Positions 30,664 to 41,308 of a DNA stretch of 64,000 bases are shown here, in pieces. How positions within the stretch are numbered: position 1 is the first letter of the stretch; every line of letters starts with the position of its first letter. The translations under genes were made by a program, and so were the position numbers. A model generated the notes under the pieces. That model did no database searches and was not told the DNA's origin. It was given only the letters and a program-made list of their open reading frames with translations. This stretch comes from a virus (taxonomy: Duplodnaviria; Caudoviricetes): IMG/VR virus record IMGVR_UViG_2791355221_000001, positions 39,234 to 103,233 of that record, one strand, 5' to 3'.

Positions 30664-31323
30664 ATGGATATGCGAAATATTACTTTCCTCATTACAATGG
30701 CAAGTGTCATTGCACTAACAGGCTGCAGCTCAACGCCAAAGACAATAGATGTAGCAACTAAACCTACTCAAACTCCAATTTCATTAAGTGCTTCCGCATC
30801 ACCAAAACCAACCGAGGCTCCAATTAAGCAACAAGCAAACGATGAGTATTATTTTACTAAAGCAGATCAGCATCCAGAGAAGGCATTGATTGATGTAATC
30901 AATTCATCAAAGACAACCTTGGATATCGCTATCTATAGCTTAACTCATCCTGATATTGTCGCGGCTATTAAAGAAGCCAAGAAACGCGGAGTGGTTGTAA
31001 GGATTATTACTGACAAAATACAATCATCTGGTAAGACACAAGAAGAGGCATTGAAACTTTTAGGAAGCTCAGATATCCCTATGAAGGTTAACAAACATAG
31101 TGGACTTATGCATCTTAAAGTGACCATTGCAGATAAGCAGGTTGTTACAACAGGATCTTACAACTATTCAAAAGCAGCTTCCACGACGAACGATGAAGTA
31201 TTAATGGTTATCCGAAACAGTGACGCAGCTAATACTTTTTCAGAGCAATTTGATAATATGTGGAACGATACAAAAGGTTTTGAAAAGATAGAAAAGAAAA
31301 TCGCACAAAAGTCAACGAAGTAA
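30664..31323 (+). CDS. Lipoprotein PLD-family (Nuc-like) nuclease
   Basis: Lipobox LTGC; single HxKxxxxD (HLKVTIAD), GSYNYS. Confidence 0.85.
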   Translation: MDMRNITFLITMASVIALTGCSSTPKTIDVATKPTQTPISLSASASPKPTEAPIKQQANDEYYFTKADQHPEKALIDVINSSKTTLDIAIYSLTHPDIVAAIKEAKKRGVVVRIITDKIQSSGKTQEEALKLLGSSDIPMKVNKHSGLMHLKVTIADKQVVTTGSYNYSKAASTTNDEVLMVIRNSDAANTFSEQFDNMWNDTKGFEKIEKKIAQKSTK

Positions 31324-31414
31324 TATCCCTCATTCACTAATCGTCAATGATTGGTGGAGGGACTTTTTTATTTATTAACCCAATAAAAGTTCAATCTTAA
31401 AGGAGAGGCCATTA

Positions 31415-31849
31415 ATGATAGCGGATATTCAAGGATTAACTGAAGAATTTGTCTCTGCTATTTCAAAAATTGATTTTACTCAATATAATTATTACATGAA
31501 TTTCAGAAATTTCCCACGTGGTTGTTGTGGTGACACTTGCGATTTACTTCAATATTTTTTATTTCAAAAAGGAATTCTGACTACTTATATTGCGAAACAC
31601 AGGATAGGCAAACAAGGAACTCATGCGTGGTTGGAATATGAAGATTACATTATTGACCCAACAATTGGTCAATTTCCTACATATATAGGTGTCAAATATG
31701 AAGTAACAAATAATAAAAGTTGGCATGACAAAAACTTCGGAGTTAATATTGCAGTTAGAACTTTGACTTATAAAGATGAATTTAATAGTATGTCCATCAT
31801 TAGACTTGACTCACTTTATAAAATAATCTTAGAACAAATGAATCGGTAG
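31415..31849 (+). CDS. Papain/transglutaminase-like fold protein
   Basis: GCCGDT...HAWLE...IIDPT, Cys-His-Asp order. Confidence 0.55.
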   Translation: MIADIQGLTEEFVSAISKIDFTQYNYYMNFRNFPRGCCGDTCDLLQYFLFQKGILTTYIAKHRIGKQGTHAWLEYEDYIIDPTIGQFPTYIGVKYEVTNNKSWHDKNFGVNIAVRTLTYKDEFNSMSIIRLDSLYKIILEQMNR

Positions 31850-31980
31850 TGAGAAGGTTTAATTATATAAATAAGAATAATATTTTTTGATCTTTTCTTT
31901 CAAAACGTTTAATAAAATGTATCTTTCATAGGCAATATCGTACATTTCAGAAAAATAATTACTGAAATTTTCGGCGAATA

Positions 31981-32379
31981 ATGTTAGAATTTGTATATTA
32001 TTGTAATATAACAAATTCCACACAACTGTGGACTACTAGAGGTATCCATATGATAAAATGTCCTACTTGCTCAAAAAATAACAATTTACAAAAGTATTGT
32101 GGTAATTGTGGGAGTCCCTTACTTGTTGAAGGGGTTGAATTTCATAATGAGAATGCGGCTACTTTTTCAGAGTCAGATAAAAGTGAAATAAAAATAAGCT
32201 TTATGTATGGCTCACTTATATTTTTTCAAAAGTTGATAACTTGGATTTTCTTATTCTGCATTGGAGCTAAATTACTTTTTGCTGCTTCAATTAATTTAAT
32301 GCCAAGTTTTACTTATTTTTTGCAATTGAGAAAATCCTATTTTTTTGTAACATCTTTAGTGATCCTGCTATTTTTGTAA
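31981..32379 (+). CDS. Zinc-ribbon membrane protein
   Basis: CPTC...CGNCG followed by TM segments. Confidence 0.6.
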   Translation: MLEFVYYCNITNSTQLWTTRGIHMIKCPTCSKNNNLQKYCGNCGSPLLVEGVEFHNENAATFSESDKSEIKISFMYGSLIFFQKLITWIFLFCIGAKLLFAASINLMPSFTYFLQLRKSYFFVTSLVILLFL

Positions 32380-32442
32380 TATTTATATTCCCATCAATCT
32401 CCTAAAGAAATCTTAAACACCTCATTGTACAATTAGTATGAG

Positions 32443-33297
32443 GTGTTTATTATGTTTGTTTCGCCACAGCTATTGACTTATGCTCCAGAAAATAAACCTT
32501 TCAATTCTAAGAATCACATTTCTGAATTAAAATTAGATGGTTTTAGGTGTATTATTTCCAATGTGGAAAAACTTTATGTTTACAGCCGACACAATAATAA
32601 TATGACAAATAAATTTCCTGAGCTGCAGAGTCATCCTTTGCCAGAAGGTACAATATTGGATGGCGAATTAATTGTGGCAGACCATCAAGGTAAACCTGAT
32701 TTCGAAGCAATGTCAGCTCGTTTCTTATCAAACAAAGATAAAACACCAGTAACATTTTGCGCTTTTGATATCATTAGATACAAGGGAATTGACGTAACCA
32801 GCTTGTCGCTGCTAAAACGTAAAGAACTTCTAGAGGAATCTTTTTCAGAAACTGAACGATATACAAAAGTAAAAGTGTATGAAGGTGACGCGGTACAATA
32901 TTTCGAACAGGTTAGTAAACTTGGTCTTGAGGGCATAGTGATGAAATCAATTGGTAAGAATTCAAAGTATGAAATAGATAAAAGATCCAAACAATGGTTG
33001 AAGGTAATTAACTGGACTTATGCCAATGTCTACATATCTGGCTATAGGAAGAATGACTTTGGTTTATTGGTGTCAATAGACTCAGCAAGCGGCTCTAAGG
33101 TGCCTGTGGGTGTAGTTGAGTTTGGTGTAACACCTGAACACAAGAAGGCTTTAAACAGTGTTAAACAGCGTTTAGTGTACAAAGAGGATAAGAACTTCGC
33201 ATACATGGAGCCATTGATCATGGCGAAGATTAAAACAAGAAATTGGACTAAGAATGGTAAGTTGAGAAGTCCTGTGTTTGTTGAATTTGTGATATAA
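32443..33297 (+). CDS. ligB: ATP-dependent DNA ligase (SPbeta LigB/YoqV-like)
   Basis: ELKLDGFR, ILDGEL, AFDI, EGIVMK, WLKV, LRSPVF. Confidence 0.9.
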   Translation: MFIMFVSPQLLTYAPENKPFNSKNHISELKLDGFRCIISNVEKLYVYSRHNNNMTNKFPELQSHPLPEGTILDGELIVADHQGKPDFEAMSARFLSNKDKTPVTFCAFDIIRYKGIDVTSLSLLKRKELLEESFSETERYTKVKVYEGDAVQYFEQVSKLGLEGIVMKSIGKNSKYEIDKRSKQWLKVINWTYANVYISGYRKNDFGLLVSIDSASGSKVPVGVVEFGVTPEHKKALNSVKQRLVYKEDKNFAYMEPLIMAKIKTRNWTKNGKLRSPVFVEFVI

Positions 33298-33331
33298 TAT
33301 TAGAAATCCTACTCGAAGGAATAATATAAAC

Positions 33332-33754
33332 ATGCTAAAAAGCTTTGATGTTTTTGATAAAAGGTATAGAGATGAAAACAATTGTGTTAAATACTATGAT
33401 GTCAGTGTCCATATAATTGATTTTCATGGTGAGAGAACTTACTCTAATTCAGTAAACGTAAGAGAAATTAGAATACTCATAGACACAGAAGAAAAAATTC
33501 AAATTGAAGTTGATCGTAAGAAGATAATATACAGAAAAAGAAAAACAATGGACATTGCAAATGATTTTAGGGAAATTAGTGGTTTCAATGGGTTTGGAAT
33601 TGGCTTTGCTTTAAGCTGCCACGAAGATGAAATCGATCAAGCCACAGATTTATGTACAACAAAACTATGGAAGCAGATTAAGTCTAGAAAAGGAATTCCT
33701 GATTGGGTTCATGAGTTTGCTGATAAAGAGCCAAAGGTATACAAAAGTAAGTAG
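33332..33754 (+). CDS. Hypothetical protein
   Basis: ORF. Confidence 0.6.
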   Translation: MLKSFDVFDKRYRDENNCVKYYDVSVHIIDFHGERTYSNSVNVREIRILIDTEEKIQIEVDRKKIIYRKRKTMDIANDFREISGFNGFGIGFALSCHEDEIDQATDLCTTKLWKQIKSRKGIPDWVHEFADKEPKVYKSK

Positions 33755-33814
33755 AGAGCAATATTACTACTTACTTTTTTCTTTATAAGAAGTTGATTTC
33801 ATTGTGTTTTATAT

Positions 33815-33875
33815 AATAAAAATAAAATATATAAATTTAAATATTATTGACATCACGTATGCGTGATGATATAAT
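33815..33875 (+). promoter_or_regulatory. SigA promoter with palindromic operator in the spacer
   Basis: TTGACA-N17-TATAAT; CATCACGTATGCGTGATG at 33851-68. Confidence 0.75.
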
Positions 33876-33917
33876 TAAGGCAAGATAAGGAAAAGAAACC
33901 TGAAACAAGGTGATTAA

Positions 33918-34367
33918 GTGGCATATAAAATTAACTTAAATGATCCTCGAATTATGAGTTCTAAGGATGCAGTGAATAAGTGGGAGATTGATGACTCAAC
34001 TTTACGAAAGAAAATAACTAATTTCCCAGAAGGAACGATAAGAAAATTAGGAAGAGATTGGGTAGTGACAAAAGAAGGAATGGAAGCAGTATTTGGAAAA
34101 TTGAAAAATGAGGAGTTGTTGAAAATGGAAAAGTATATTATTAACTATCACACTGGAATTAAGAATGAGGTAGAAGTTAATCACTTGCTGGAGGCACAAG
34201 AGTTAGCTTTTGATGGCATTGCTTACACACAAGAAAACATCACAATCGAAACTTTAAAAGGGGAAGTATTATCAATTGCTAGATGGCATGGTACAGAACC
34301 AGATGAGGATGATGATGTACTTTGTGAAGTTGGCAAAGGATTTTATTCTCTGTGGAGTGAATATTAA
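33918..34367 (+). CDS. HTH protein apparently fused to a second small domain
   Basis: IMSSKDAVNKWEIDDSTLRK...IRKLGRDWVVT; internal GAGGAG RBS before MEKYIINY. Confidence 0.65.
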   Translation: MAYKINLNDPRIMSSKDAVNKWEIDDSTLRKKITNFPEGTIRKLGRDWVVTKEGMEAVFGKLKNEELLKMEKYIINYHTGIKNEVEVNHLLEAQELAFDGIAYTQENITIETLKGEVLSIARWHGTEPDEDDDVLCEVGKGFYSLWSEY

Positions 34368-34387
34368 CAAGGAAAAATTGAAAATAT

Positions 34388-35278
34388 TTGGGTGAGAAAA
34401 TGATTGCTATTGAAACAATAATTGATTTATATAAAAAGAGATTAAGCGGAGAAATTAAATCATTTCCAAGTCAAACTTGGTCTCCATACAAAGGTGGGTA
34501 CGATAATCTACATCGTTGTCTTAGATATTATTTTCTTGAATTATTAAATTTTAACCGTGATGATATTGTTACGAAAATGAGTGAGAAACTTTTAAAAAAG
34601 GCAAAACTAAATGGTGGAGTTGCTATTCTGTATCAAGATTCACTAAGAAAAGCAATGGCTGATGCCTTTGATGATTTAGGCATAAAAGAATGGGATTTTA
34701 GAGGCTATGAGTGGACAATAGAAACTGCAAGAGAAGCACTCTTGTTTGAAATCTCTCGCCTTAATCTTGACAAAGCAGATATTACAAAGCCGCGCTATAT
34801 CGAATGGGATAACTATGTGTTTTCGCGTGTTCTGGTATGGTTTAACTTAACGATTTCCAATGGTGGGATATTACCAATGCTTCAAAGCTTACTCCCAGAA
34901 TATGATTTCAAGAGAAGTGATTTTGATAATAAGAGCAAAGTCAAACGAGATCCAGATGAAGCAATTAAAGAGATCAAGCGCATTTTTGAACAGGAATTAA
35001 AATGGAATGAAAATGATATACGTGAAAAGATTACTTTGAAAATCGTACAAAGGTATTTTGGACTTCCATATCGCACATTTGGCCAAAATATCGATAAGAT
35101 GGTAAAAGCAGCATACCCAAACATCGGTGATTTAAACTACCACAAAGCTATTCCTGATTCAGTGCGACAGGAAATTTATTATCATTTAGTAAAAAGAGAT
35201 TTAACACAGAAACAAATTAGTGAGACGTTCAATGTTTCTATAAGTACTCTCGCAAACATTAAGAAGTCAATGAGTTAA
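34388..35278 (+). CDS. DUF4046-like repeat protein with C-terminal HTH
   Basis: IDLYKKRLSGEIKSFP..W N-terminus; TQKQISETFNVSISTL. Confidence 0.55.
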   Translation: MGEKMIAIETIIDLYKKRLSGEIKSFPSQTWSPYKGGYDNLHRCLRYYFLELLNFNRDDIVTKMSEKLLKKAKLNGGVAILYQDSLRKAMADAFDDLGIKEWDFRGYEWTIETAREALLFEISRLNLDKADITKPRYIEWDNYVFSRVLVWFNLTISNGGILPMLQSLLPEYDFKRSDFDNKSKVKRDPDEAIKEIKRIFEQELKWNENDIREKITLKIVQRYFGLPYRTFGQNIDKMVKAAYPNIGDLNYHKAIPDSVRQEIYYHLVKRDLTQKQISETFNVSISTLANIKKSMS

Positions 35279-35311
35279 TAAATGGGTTATTTTAATGGAG
35301 TAGGAAAATGA

Positions 35312-35998
35312 ATGTACAATCTCTACATAAACAAAACAGAAGGTAAGATTGAGATTAAGCCTTTAAGAAAGGTTTTCCAGAATTTGAGTAGTACAATCAC
35401 GGAAGAAGTTACTAGATACAATGAGGTGTATTATTTTTGCACAAAAAAGAAGCCTCTAGTAGAATTTGCAGAACAGAAGAAGCAAGAATGGATCATAGAG
35501 TTAGAAAATGAACTTATTAAACTAAAAAATATTCAAATAACATGACTGTTTCAATAGGACATGGAGGGGAGTTTTAGAATGGGGTTCACTAATATGGAAT
35601 TGTTATTTCGATTGAAAGGGATTAGTACTACTGAAACAGAGGATCATTTGTACCTACACACTGAGGATTTGTTAAATAATAACATGTTAATGAGGATTTC
35701 AAATATATATGATGAAAACGAAATAGTAGTAAGGCGAATGGTTAGTATTCTTCATTATAATGAAATTGATGCTGGAAATTTGACAATCTCAAACGGGAGT
35801 TTTTCTCCAATAGAGTTGTATAGGATAATCTTAGACATCTTTTCTTTATATAAGGAAAATCCAATAACAACATTCCTACGAATTATTCAAGATCTTAGGA
35901 TAAGTGAGTATTCTTCCTTTAAACAAATAACATTAGAAAACGAAAATTCAGTGAGAAATCAAATTATTCGTGAATTCGATTTAATTAGGAGTCAATAA
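35312..35998 (+). CDS. Two hypothetical proteins (35312-35545, 35561-35998)
   Basis: ORFs bounded by junction palindromes. Confidence 0.6.
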
Positions 35999-36037
35999 AA
36001 TGGCTATTTCATAACATCTATTTTTATTAAAAAGGAG

Positions 36038-36586
36038 TTGATAGATTTGCTTATTACTGAGTTAGCAAGTACTATTTTAAAATCAGAAACACCTAAGTAT
36101 GCCTATGATCCATTTCTGGTTGACCTGAATGACGGTGTCTATATTTTCAGAATGTCTCCATTTACTACACAAAACCAACAAGGCGGTGTTTGGTTTCCGA
36201 ATGTCACCATTCAAGATAGTTATAGCAACGCTCGAACGAGTAAAAAACTTTCAGTAGCTATTGAAATAATTGAATCAATGATCATTCAAAATACAGAAAT
36301 CGAGAACATTAATGAACTTGTTGATGCAACTTTTTCATTATTGCACGAAGAAGGACATTGGAAATATTATTATGAAAATTATTTAATTAGGAGTGAATCT
36401 GGAGAAAAATACATGGACGATTATAATCAGATATCAAATGAAATGGGGCTTCATATTGTACTGCAAAAAGCCAAACAAAGTGATGAGTTTGAGGAATATC
36501 ATAGGCTTTATAGGAAACATCCTTTCGAAAAATATGCTGATGATTATGCTATAGAGGCTATGAGAATAATCATCAGCAAGGCATGA
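36038..36586 (+). CDS. Zincin-like HExxH metallopeptidase-fold protein
   Basis: LLHEEGH...PFEKYADDYA. Confidence 0.65.
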   Translation: MIDLLITELASTILKSETPKYAYDPFLVDLNDGVYIFRMSPFTTQNQQGGVWFPNVTIQDSYSNARTSKKLSVAIEIIESMIIQNTEIENINELVDATFSLLHEEGHWKYYYENYLIRSESGEKYMDDYNQISNEMGLHIVLQKAKQSDEFEEYHRLYRKHPFEKYADDYAIEAMRIIISKA

Positions 36587-36608
36587 TTTGTTGTGTGTTT
36601 AATAAAGT

Positions 36609-37165
36609 GTGAGGAGAAAGAGTATGACTAAAAAAAAGAAGTATGTACTTATAGATGCACAAGAAACAGGTAAATTGGAATTACATGTGGCGTTTGATGG
36701 ATCTGATAATGTTGATCAAATACTTTGCGAACTCCCTGAAAGCTCTGTTCTTGATTTGGTGAAGAAATATGATATTCTTCCACAAGACTTCGAAATTGAT
36801 ATTGATGTAAGAGAATATATTAAAGAAAAATATCCTAATGAGTTTATTAAACTTGATTTCTAACGTCTCCAATAAAATGCAAGTTTTATTTAAATTCCTA
36901 TAAGTATAATTCCTCCTATTGATTAAAGGAGGCTTTTTGTTTACTCTTAAATAAAGATTAATTGGAGGTGCGTTGAATGATCGAAAAATACACACTTCAA
37001 AAAGAACCAGATAAAACAATGTTCGTTTTTCAAAAGAATGGTAAATTTTATGGACATGTAGTTAAAAATAAAACAGACAAATCTGTTGCTAAGATTGTTT
37101 TTGAAACAAGTAAGTATGAAACTGTTGAACAGATTAAAGAAGAATATCCTGCTGCAGATGAATAA
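36609..37165 (+). CDS. Two hypothetical proteins (36609-36863, 36977-37165)
   Basis: ORFs with RBS. Confidence 0.6.
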
Positions 37166-37239
37166 TGAAAAGACTACAGATCACCAGAGGAGGAAATGGT
37201 GATTGTAGTCTTTTTTTGCTTGCTCCTACATCAAAGGAA

Positions 37240-37458
37240 TTAGCGCTTGAAGCCTGTCAGTTGTTGCTCGGCTATTTGTACCAATCTTTTGGTTATGTTG
37301 CCACCAATGGCTCCTGCATCGCGTGTAGCAAGGTTTCCATTATAACCATTTGGTTGAAAAGGGATTCCAAGCTCTTGAGCTACTTCGAGTTTAATTTGAT
37401 TTATAGCTGCTTTTGCTTGTGGAACTACTAATGTATTGTTGTTAGCCATTTTAGCCAA
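37240..37458 (-). CDS. ssp: Alpha/beta-type small acid-soluble spore protein
   Basis: LVVPQAK...KLEVAQELG...GAIGGNITKRLVQIAEQQL. Confidence 0.95.
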   Translation of the reverse strand: MAKMANNNTLVVPQAKAAINQIKLEVAQELGIPFQPNGYNGNLATRDAGAIGGNITKRLVQIAEQQLTGFKR

Positions 37459-37480
37459 CTCCTATCTTTTGGTGTAATGT

Positions 37481-37510
37481 TATCATGTGGAGTGTAAGGG
37501 AGTCTTATAC
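37481..37510 (-). promoter_or_regulatory. SigG-like promoter of ssp
   Basis: GTATA-N18-CATGATA on minus strand. Confidence 0.65.
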
Positions 37511-38029
37511 ATTTAAATCCAAAGATGTTAAGTTTCTTGCTCTACTCATTATCTTTAAAAAAGCTTGAATATCTTCAGCACCAAAATCTCGATTGATGGT
37601 TTGTGTGTTGGCTGATTCTTTATGTTTCTTGAGCTCCATAATCTCAAAATTAAGTTTTGCATTTTCTGATAGTAATTGATCAAATTTCTGAGCTTGTTCC
37701 CTAGCAATCTTAATGATCTGATTAAAAGCATCAAGATAGTGATTACCGTTGTTTTCTTGAGTCTTCAAAAAGGTCACAAACACTTCTCGCTTTTGTTCTT
37801 TCTGTTTAACCCTGAACAATTTAGCTTCATTAATGTCGTTGTGGTATTGTTTTCTTAATTCTTTGTTCCAGCGAAATCCGCATGCTGCCGCGGTACGATT
37901 TAGTTTTAATCCAGTTTGCTCAAATGCAGCAAGTTGTGTGCTTCCTGTTTTAATGTGTCGCAATACAGTTTCAGCAAGAACTGAATCATGACTGTCAGTC
38001 CAAGCATCTTCTCGGTTTTTCTCTTTCAT
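37505..38029 (-). CDS. RsfA-family prespore transcriptional regulator
   Basis: [32 protein letters not shown]...[11 protein letters not shown]. Confidence 0.9.
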   Translation of the reverse strand: MKEKNREDAWTDSHDSVLAETVLRHIKTGSTQLAAFEQTGLKLNRTAAACGFRWNKELRKQYHNDINEAKLFRVKQKEQKREVFVTFLKTQENNGNHYLDAFNQIIKIAREQAQKFDQLLSENAKLNFEIMELKKHKESANTQTINRDFGAEDIQAFLKIMSRARNLTSLDLNV

Positions 38030-38292
38030 TCAGTCACCCACTTTAATATATTAATGTTAGCATTCTTGCCTTTGTTACTATTTTTATTCAAATTTCATGA
38101 ATAAAAGACCCACATAGGAATACGCGAGTCACTTTTAGGTGGATTCTGCATATTCTATAAATAATAAAAATAAATATTTACCAATATATAAATGCGTGCT
38201 AAGATTGTATGGGGAGGGTCGTGTAAATAGGAAGTTTCCTAATAAAAAAATACATACTGTTTGCATAATAAAAAAATCAAAGGAGCGTACTT

Positions 38293-38850
38293 ATTATTCG
38301 AAAATTAAAACCCAAGACTGATTATAATTATGGAGTATACAGGATTTTAAATAAACTGAATGGCTTATCGTACATAGGGAGTTCGAAAAATATTGAGGGT
38401 AGATTTCATGAACACAAACTAAAATTACGCAACAATGAGCATTTCAATTCAGCTCTTCAGGATGATTGGAATATATATGATGAAAGCAATTTTGTATTCG
38501 AAAGACTGGAAATTGTTGAAATAAAGAGCCAACTATCTGAACGAGAAAAATATTGGTACGAAACGATAGACAATGACACAAGAACATACAACTCAGTAAT
38601 ACCAAGTATGAATACTAAGAACAGAAGCAATATAAAATGTCATCTAAAAGGAATTATGACAGAAGCTAAAATCAGTCAAACAAGACTTTCGCAGATGTCT
38701 GGACTATGTAGAACTACAATATCGCTTGCTGCTAATGAGCGTGCAGACCCAAGGCTTGAAACAGCACTTATAATTTCTGAAGCCTTAGGTATACCCGTTA
38801 ATGAGATATGGGAATTCAAAAGTGAAGAAATGGTTTTATCCAATGTTTAA
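38293..38850 (+). CDS. GIY-YIG nuclease-XRE HTH fusion (ATT start; ORF track shows only the HTH half)
   Basis: AAGGAG-N7-ATT; GVYRILNKLNGLSYIGSSKNIEGRFHEH...REKYW in frame with 38608 HTH. Confidence 0.75.
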   Translation: MIRKLKPKTDYNYGVYRILNKLNGLSYIGSSKNIEGRFHEHKLKLRNNEHFNSALQDDWNIYDESNFVFERLEIVEIKSQLSEREKYWYETIDNDTRTYNSVIPSMNTKNRSNIKCHLKGIMTEAKISQTRLSQMSGLCRTTISLAANERADPRLETALIISEALGIPVNEIWEFKSEEMVLSNV

Positions 38851-38996
38851 AATAGTTGCATACATAGATGTTTTATAAATGGTAAAAATAAATCAAATTC
38901 AAAAGGCCTCTCATATGAGAGGTTTTTTGAGATATTCGACACATAAGTATATGTCACAGAATGTACAATATACAATTCAATATCTATGATAGCACT

Positions 38997-39107
38997 ATGA
39001 TAGCTAATGAAAAGAATGATTCATTTGAAATTAGGACAGCCTTGAAGATTGCAAAAGCTTTAGAGGTTACAGTTGAGGATATCTGGAGTATTAATGAAGT
39101 AGAGTGA
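38997..39107 (+). pseudogene. Remnant of an XRE HTH gene
   Basis: IANEKNDSFEIRTALKIAKALEVTVEDIW; N-terminal half absent. Confidence 0.6.
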
Positions 39108-39195
39108 AATTACCATTGGTTTCCATATCATAAATTACCAAGATTAGTCAATAACCAAATATGCGGTACAAGAGCCTATTGACAGGAGAGAAAAA

Positions 39196-39207
39196 GAACA
39201 TTAGTTC
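39196..39207. promoter_or_regulatory. LexA/DinR (SOS) box upstream of mazF
   Basis: GAAC-ATTA-GTTC between TTGACA 39179 and TATAAT 39233. Confidence 0.6.
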
Positions 39208-39296
39208 TACTTGTAAAACGTTATTTTTAGTATATAATACAGTTATAAGATAAAAATAAATCAACTTATATAATATTTATAACGAATTTAAGTAGT

Positions 39297-39755
39297 ATGA
39301 GGGAGTTGAGAAAGATGATTGAGAAAGTAAAGTATGGTGAAGTTTGGTTAGCAGATATTAATGGAGGTATTGGATCAGAAATGTCAGGAATTCGACCTGT
39401 TCTCTGCTGCTCGACGAATTTAGGTAATAGCAGATCAAGTATAGCTCAAGTGATTCCAATTACATCTCAAGTAAAGAAGAAGAGGCTCCCAACGCATGTT
39501 TTTTTGGATTCTAATAAATTTGGACTCGCAGAAAATTCAGTGGCTTTGTGTGAGCAATCAAAATGTATAGAGCAAGGTAGGTTAATCTGCAAAATTACGG
39601 AATTAGATAGTGAGATTATGAAAGACATAGAACACGCAATCAAGATTAATTTTGGAATGGTCAGTCCATTTGAAAATAAAAGAGAGTACCAGTTACAGAA
39701 TGATTTACATAATAAAAATATAATTATTGGAGGAAAAACATTATGTCGTTTATGA
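39297..39755 (+). CDS. mazF: MazF/PemK-family endoribonuclease, no adjacent MazE
   Basis: GEVWLADI..GSE.SGIRPVL...PITSQ..KRLPTHV...SVALCEQ. Confidence 0.85.
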   Translation: MRELRKMIEKVKYGEVWLADINGGIGSEMSGIRPVLCCSTNLGNSRSSIAQVIPITSQVKKKRLPTHVFLDSNKFGLAENSVALCEQSKCIEQGRLICKITELDSEIMKDIEHAIKINFGMVSPFENKREYQLQNDLHNKNIIIGGKTLCRL

Positions 39756-39988
39756 TTATTGGAAAAGGCTCTTACACTGAAGACACCTTGATTGAGAAAC
39801 TTTTGGAATGGAAAATTTCAGATGCAGCAAGAATTGTAAAAGAAGTCAGACAAAAGGGAAGTGCCTTTGTTGCAAATTATAGAATATATCGCATTAATAT
39901 GTAAATATAAAATTAAAGCCCAACACTATAAATAATAAGTGTATGGGCTAATTACATAATATGAAAATAAAAAGGAGAAGATGTTTGA

Positions 39989-41308
39989 TTGATTAAAGAA
40001 ACCCGTGTTTATGTAACACTAAACGGAAAACATACTAAGCACTATGAGAATTTAAAGTATGAAATACCTAGAAGAAGAGATAAGTGGGGATCATATGGAT
40101 TTGTACAGGGAACTCAGATATATGTCAAAATCGAAGATTTACCAATTAAAAGCGAAGTTATTGTAACAAAAATTTGTGATTATTGTTTTGGAGAAAGTCC
40201 GTGCAGTTATGTTACATTAATTAAAGGGAGACAATATATTGCTAAAGATTGCTGTGATAAAGTCGAATGTGTTGGACAAAAAATTAAAGAAGTTAATGAT
40301 ATTAGACCAATAAACAAAAGGCGAATAAATGATGAGAAAGAGTTAGAAATTGGTAGGTCTCTTTCAGAAAGATTCCCTGAAATTGCAACTCAATATCATC
40401 CTGTATTAAATAAGAAGCCGCCAGATAAAATTAGTTATGGTTCTGATAAAATGTATTGGTGGATATGCCGCGATAACCCAGAGCACATATGGGACGATTC
40501 AGCTAAGCACAGAACTTTAGGGGATAGAGGGTGTCCATTTTGCAGAGGAATGAGAATAAATCATACGAATTGTTTAAGAACTACGCACCCTTATTTAATC
40601 TCAGAATGGCATCCAACTAAGAATAGTGAAATAACCCCCGACAATGTTTCATTTGGTTCATTAAAAATGACATGGTGGCTATGTCCAATATGCACAAGCT
40701 CATATGATATGCCTGTTGCGATGAGAGCCAGTGCTGGACAAAACTGTCCATATTGTGCAGGATCAAGAGTAAATGAAACGAATTGTCTTGCTACTTTCTA
40801 TCCAGAACTTCTTAGAGAATGGAATCATGAGTTAAATATAGGAGCTACACCATATAGCATTACAAAAAGTAGTGCAAAGAAGGTTTGGTGGAAGTGTTCG
40901 TCTTGCTCATGGTCGTGGGAAGCAGCTCCCGAGAGTAGAACTAATATGAAAAGCGGTTGTCCAAAGTGTAATTCTACTGATGGCGAGAAAGAAGTAATGG
41001 TCGCTCTTGATAAGAGAAATATAAAATACAAATTCCAATATTCTTTTTCTGATTTGAGAAGCCCAAAAGATTATCCAATGAGATATGATTTTGCGATTTA
41101 TGATGATAATAAAAATATAAAGTACATAATTGAATACGATGATCCTTATCACTTTAAAGATGAAAGAGGGCGCCTCCATAAAAAAACAGTTGAGTATGAT
41201 AAAATAAAAAATGAATATTGCGAAATTAAAGGAATAAAGTTGCTTAGAATACCATATTGGGATTTCCAATGCATAGATGACATTATTGAAAAAATACATA
41301 GTACATAA
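39989..41308 (+). CDS. Repeated zinc-ribbon plus PD-(D/E)xK-like endonuclease
   Basis: Three WW.C...GCP.C repeats; C-terminal RYDFAI...IIEYD. Confidence 0.75.
   Translation: MIKETRVYVTLNGKHTKHYENLKYEIPRRRDKWGSYGFVQGTQIYVKIEDLPIKSEVIVTKICDYCFGESPCSYVTLIKGRQYIAKDCCDKVECVGQKIKEVNDIRPINKRRINDEKELEIGRSLSERFPEIATQYHPVLNKKPPDKISYGSDKMYWWICRDNPEHIWDDSAKHRTLGDRGCPFCRGMRINHTNCLRTTHPYLISEWHPTKNSEITPDNVSFGSLKMTWWLCPICTSSYDMPVAMRASAGQNCPYCAGSRVNETNCLATFYPELLREWNHELNIGATPYSITKSSAKKVWWKCSSCSWSWEAAPESRTNMKSGCPKCNSTDGEKEVMVALDKRNIKYKFQYSFSDLRSPKDYPMRYDFAIYDDNKNIKYIIEYDDPYHFKDERGRLHKKTVEYDKIKNEYCEIKGIKLLRIPYWDFQCIDDIIEKIHST

Noticed and set aside
39007-39024. ATGAAA-AGAATG-ATTCAT as a junction palindrome
   Set aside because: Lies inside an HTH remnant rather than at a gene boundary; may be chance
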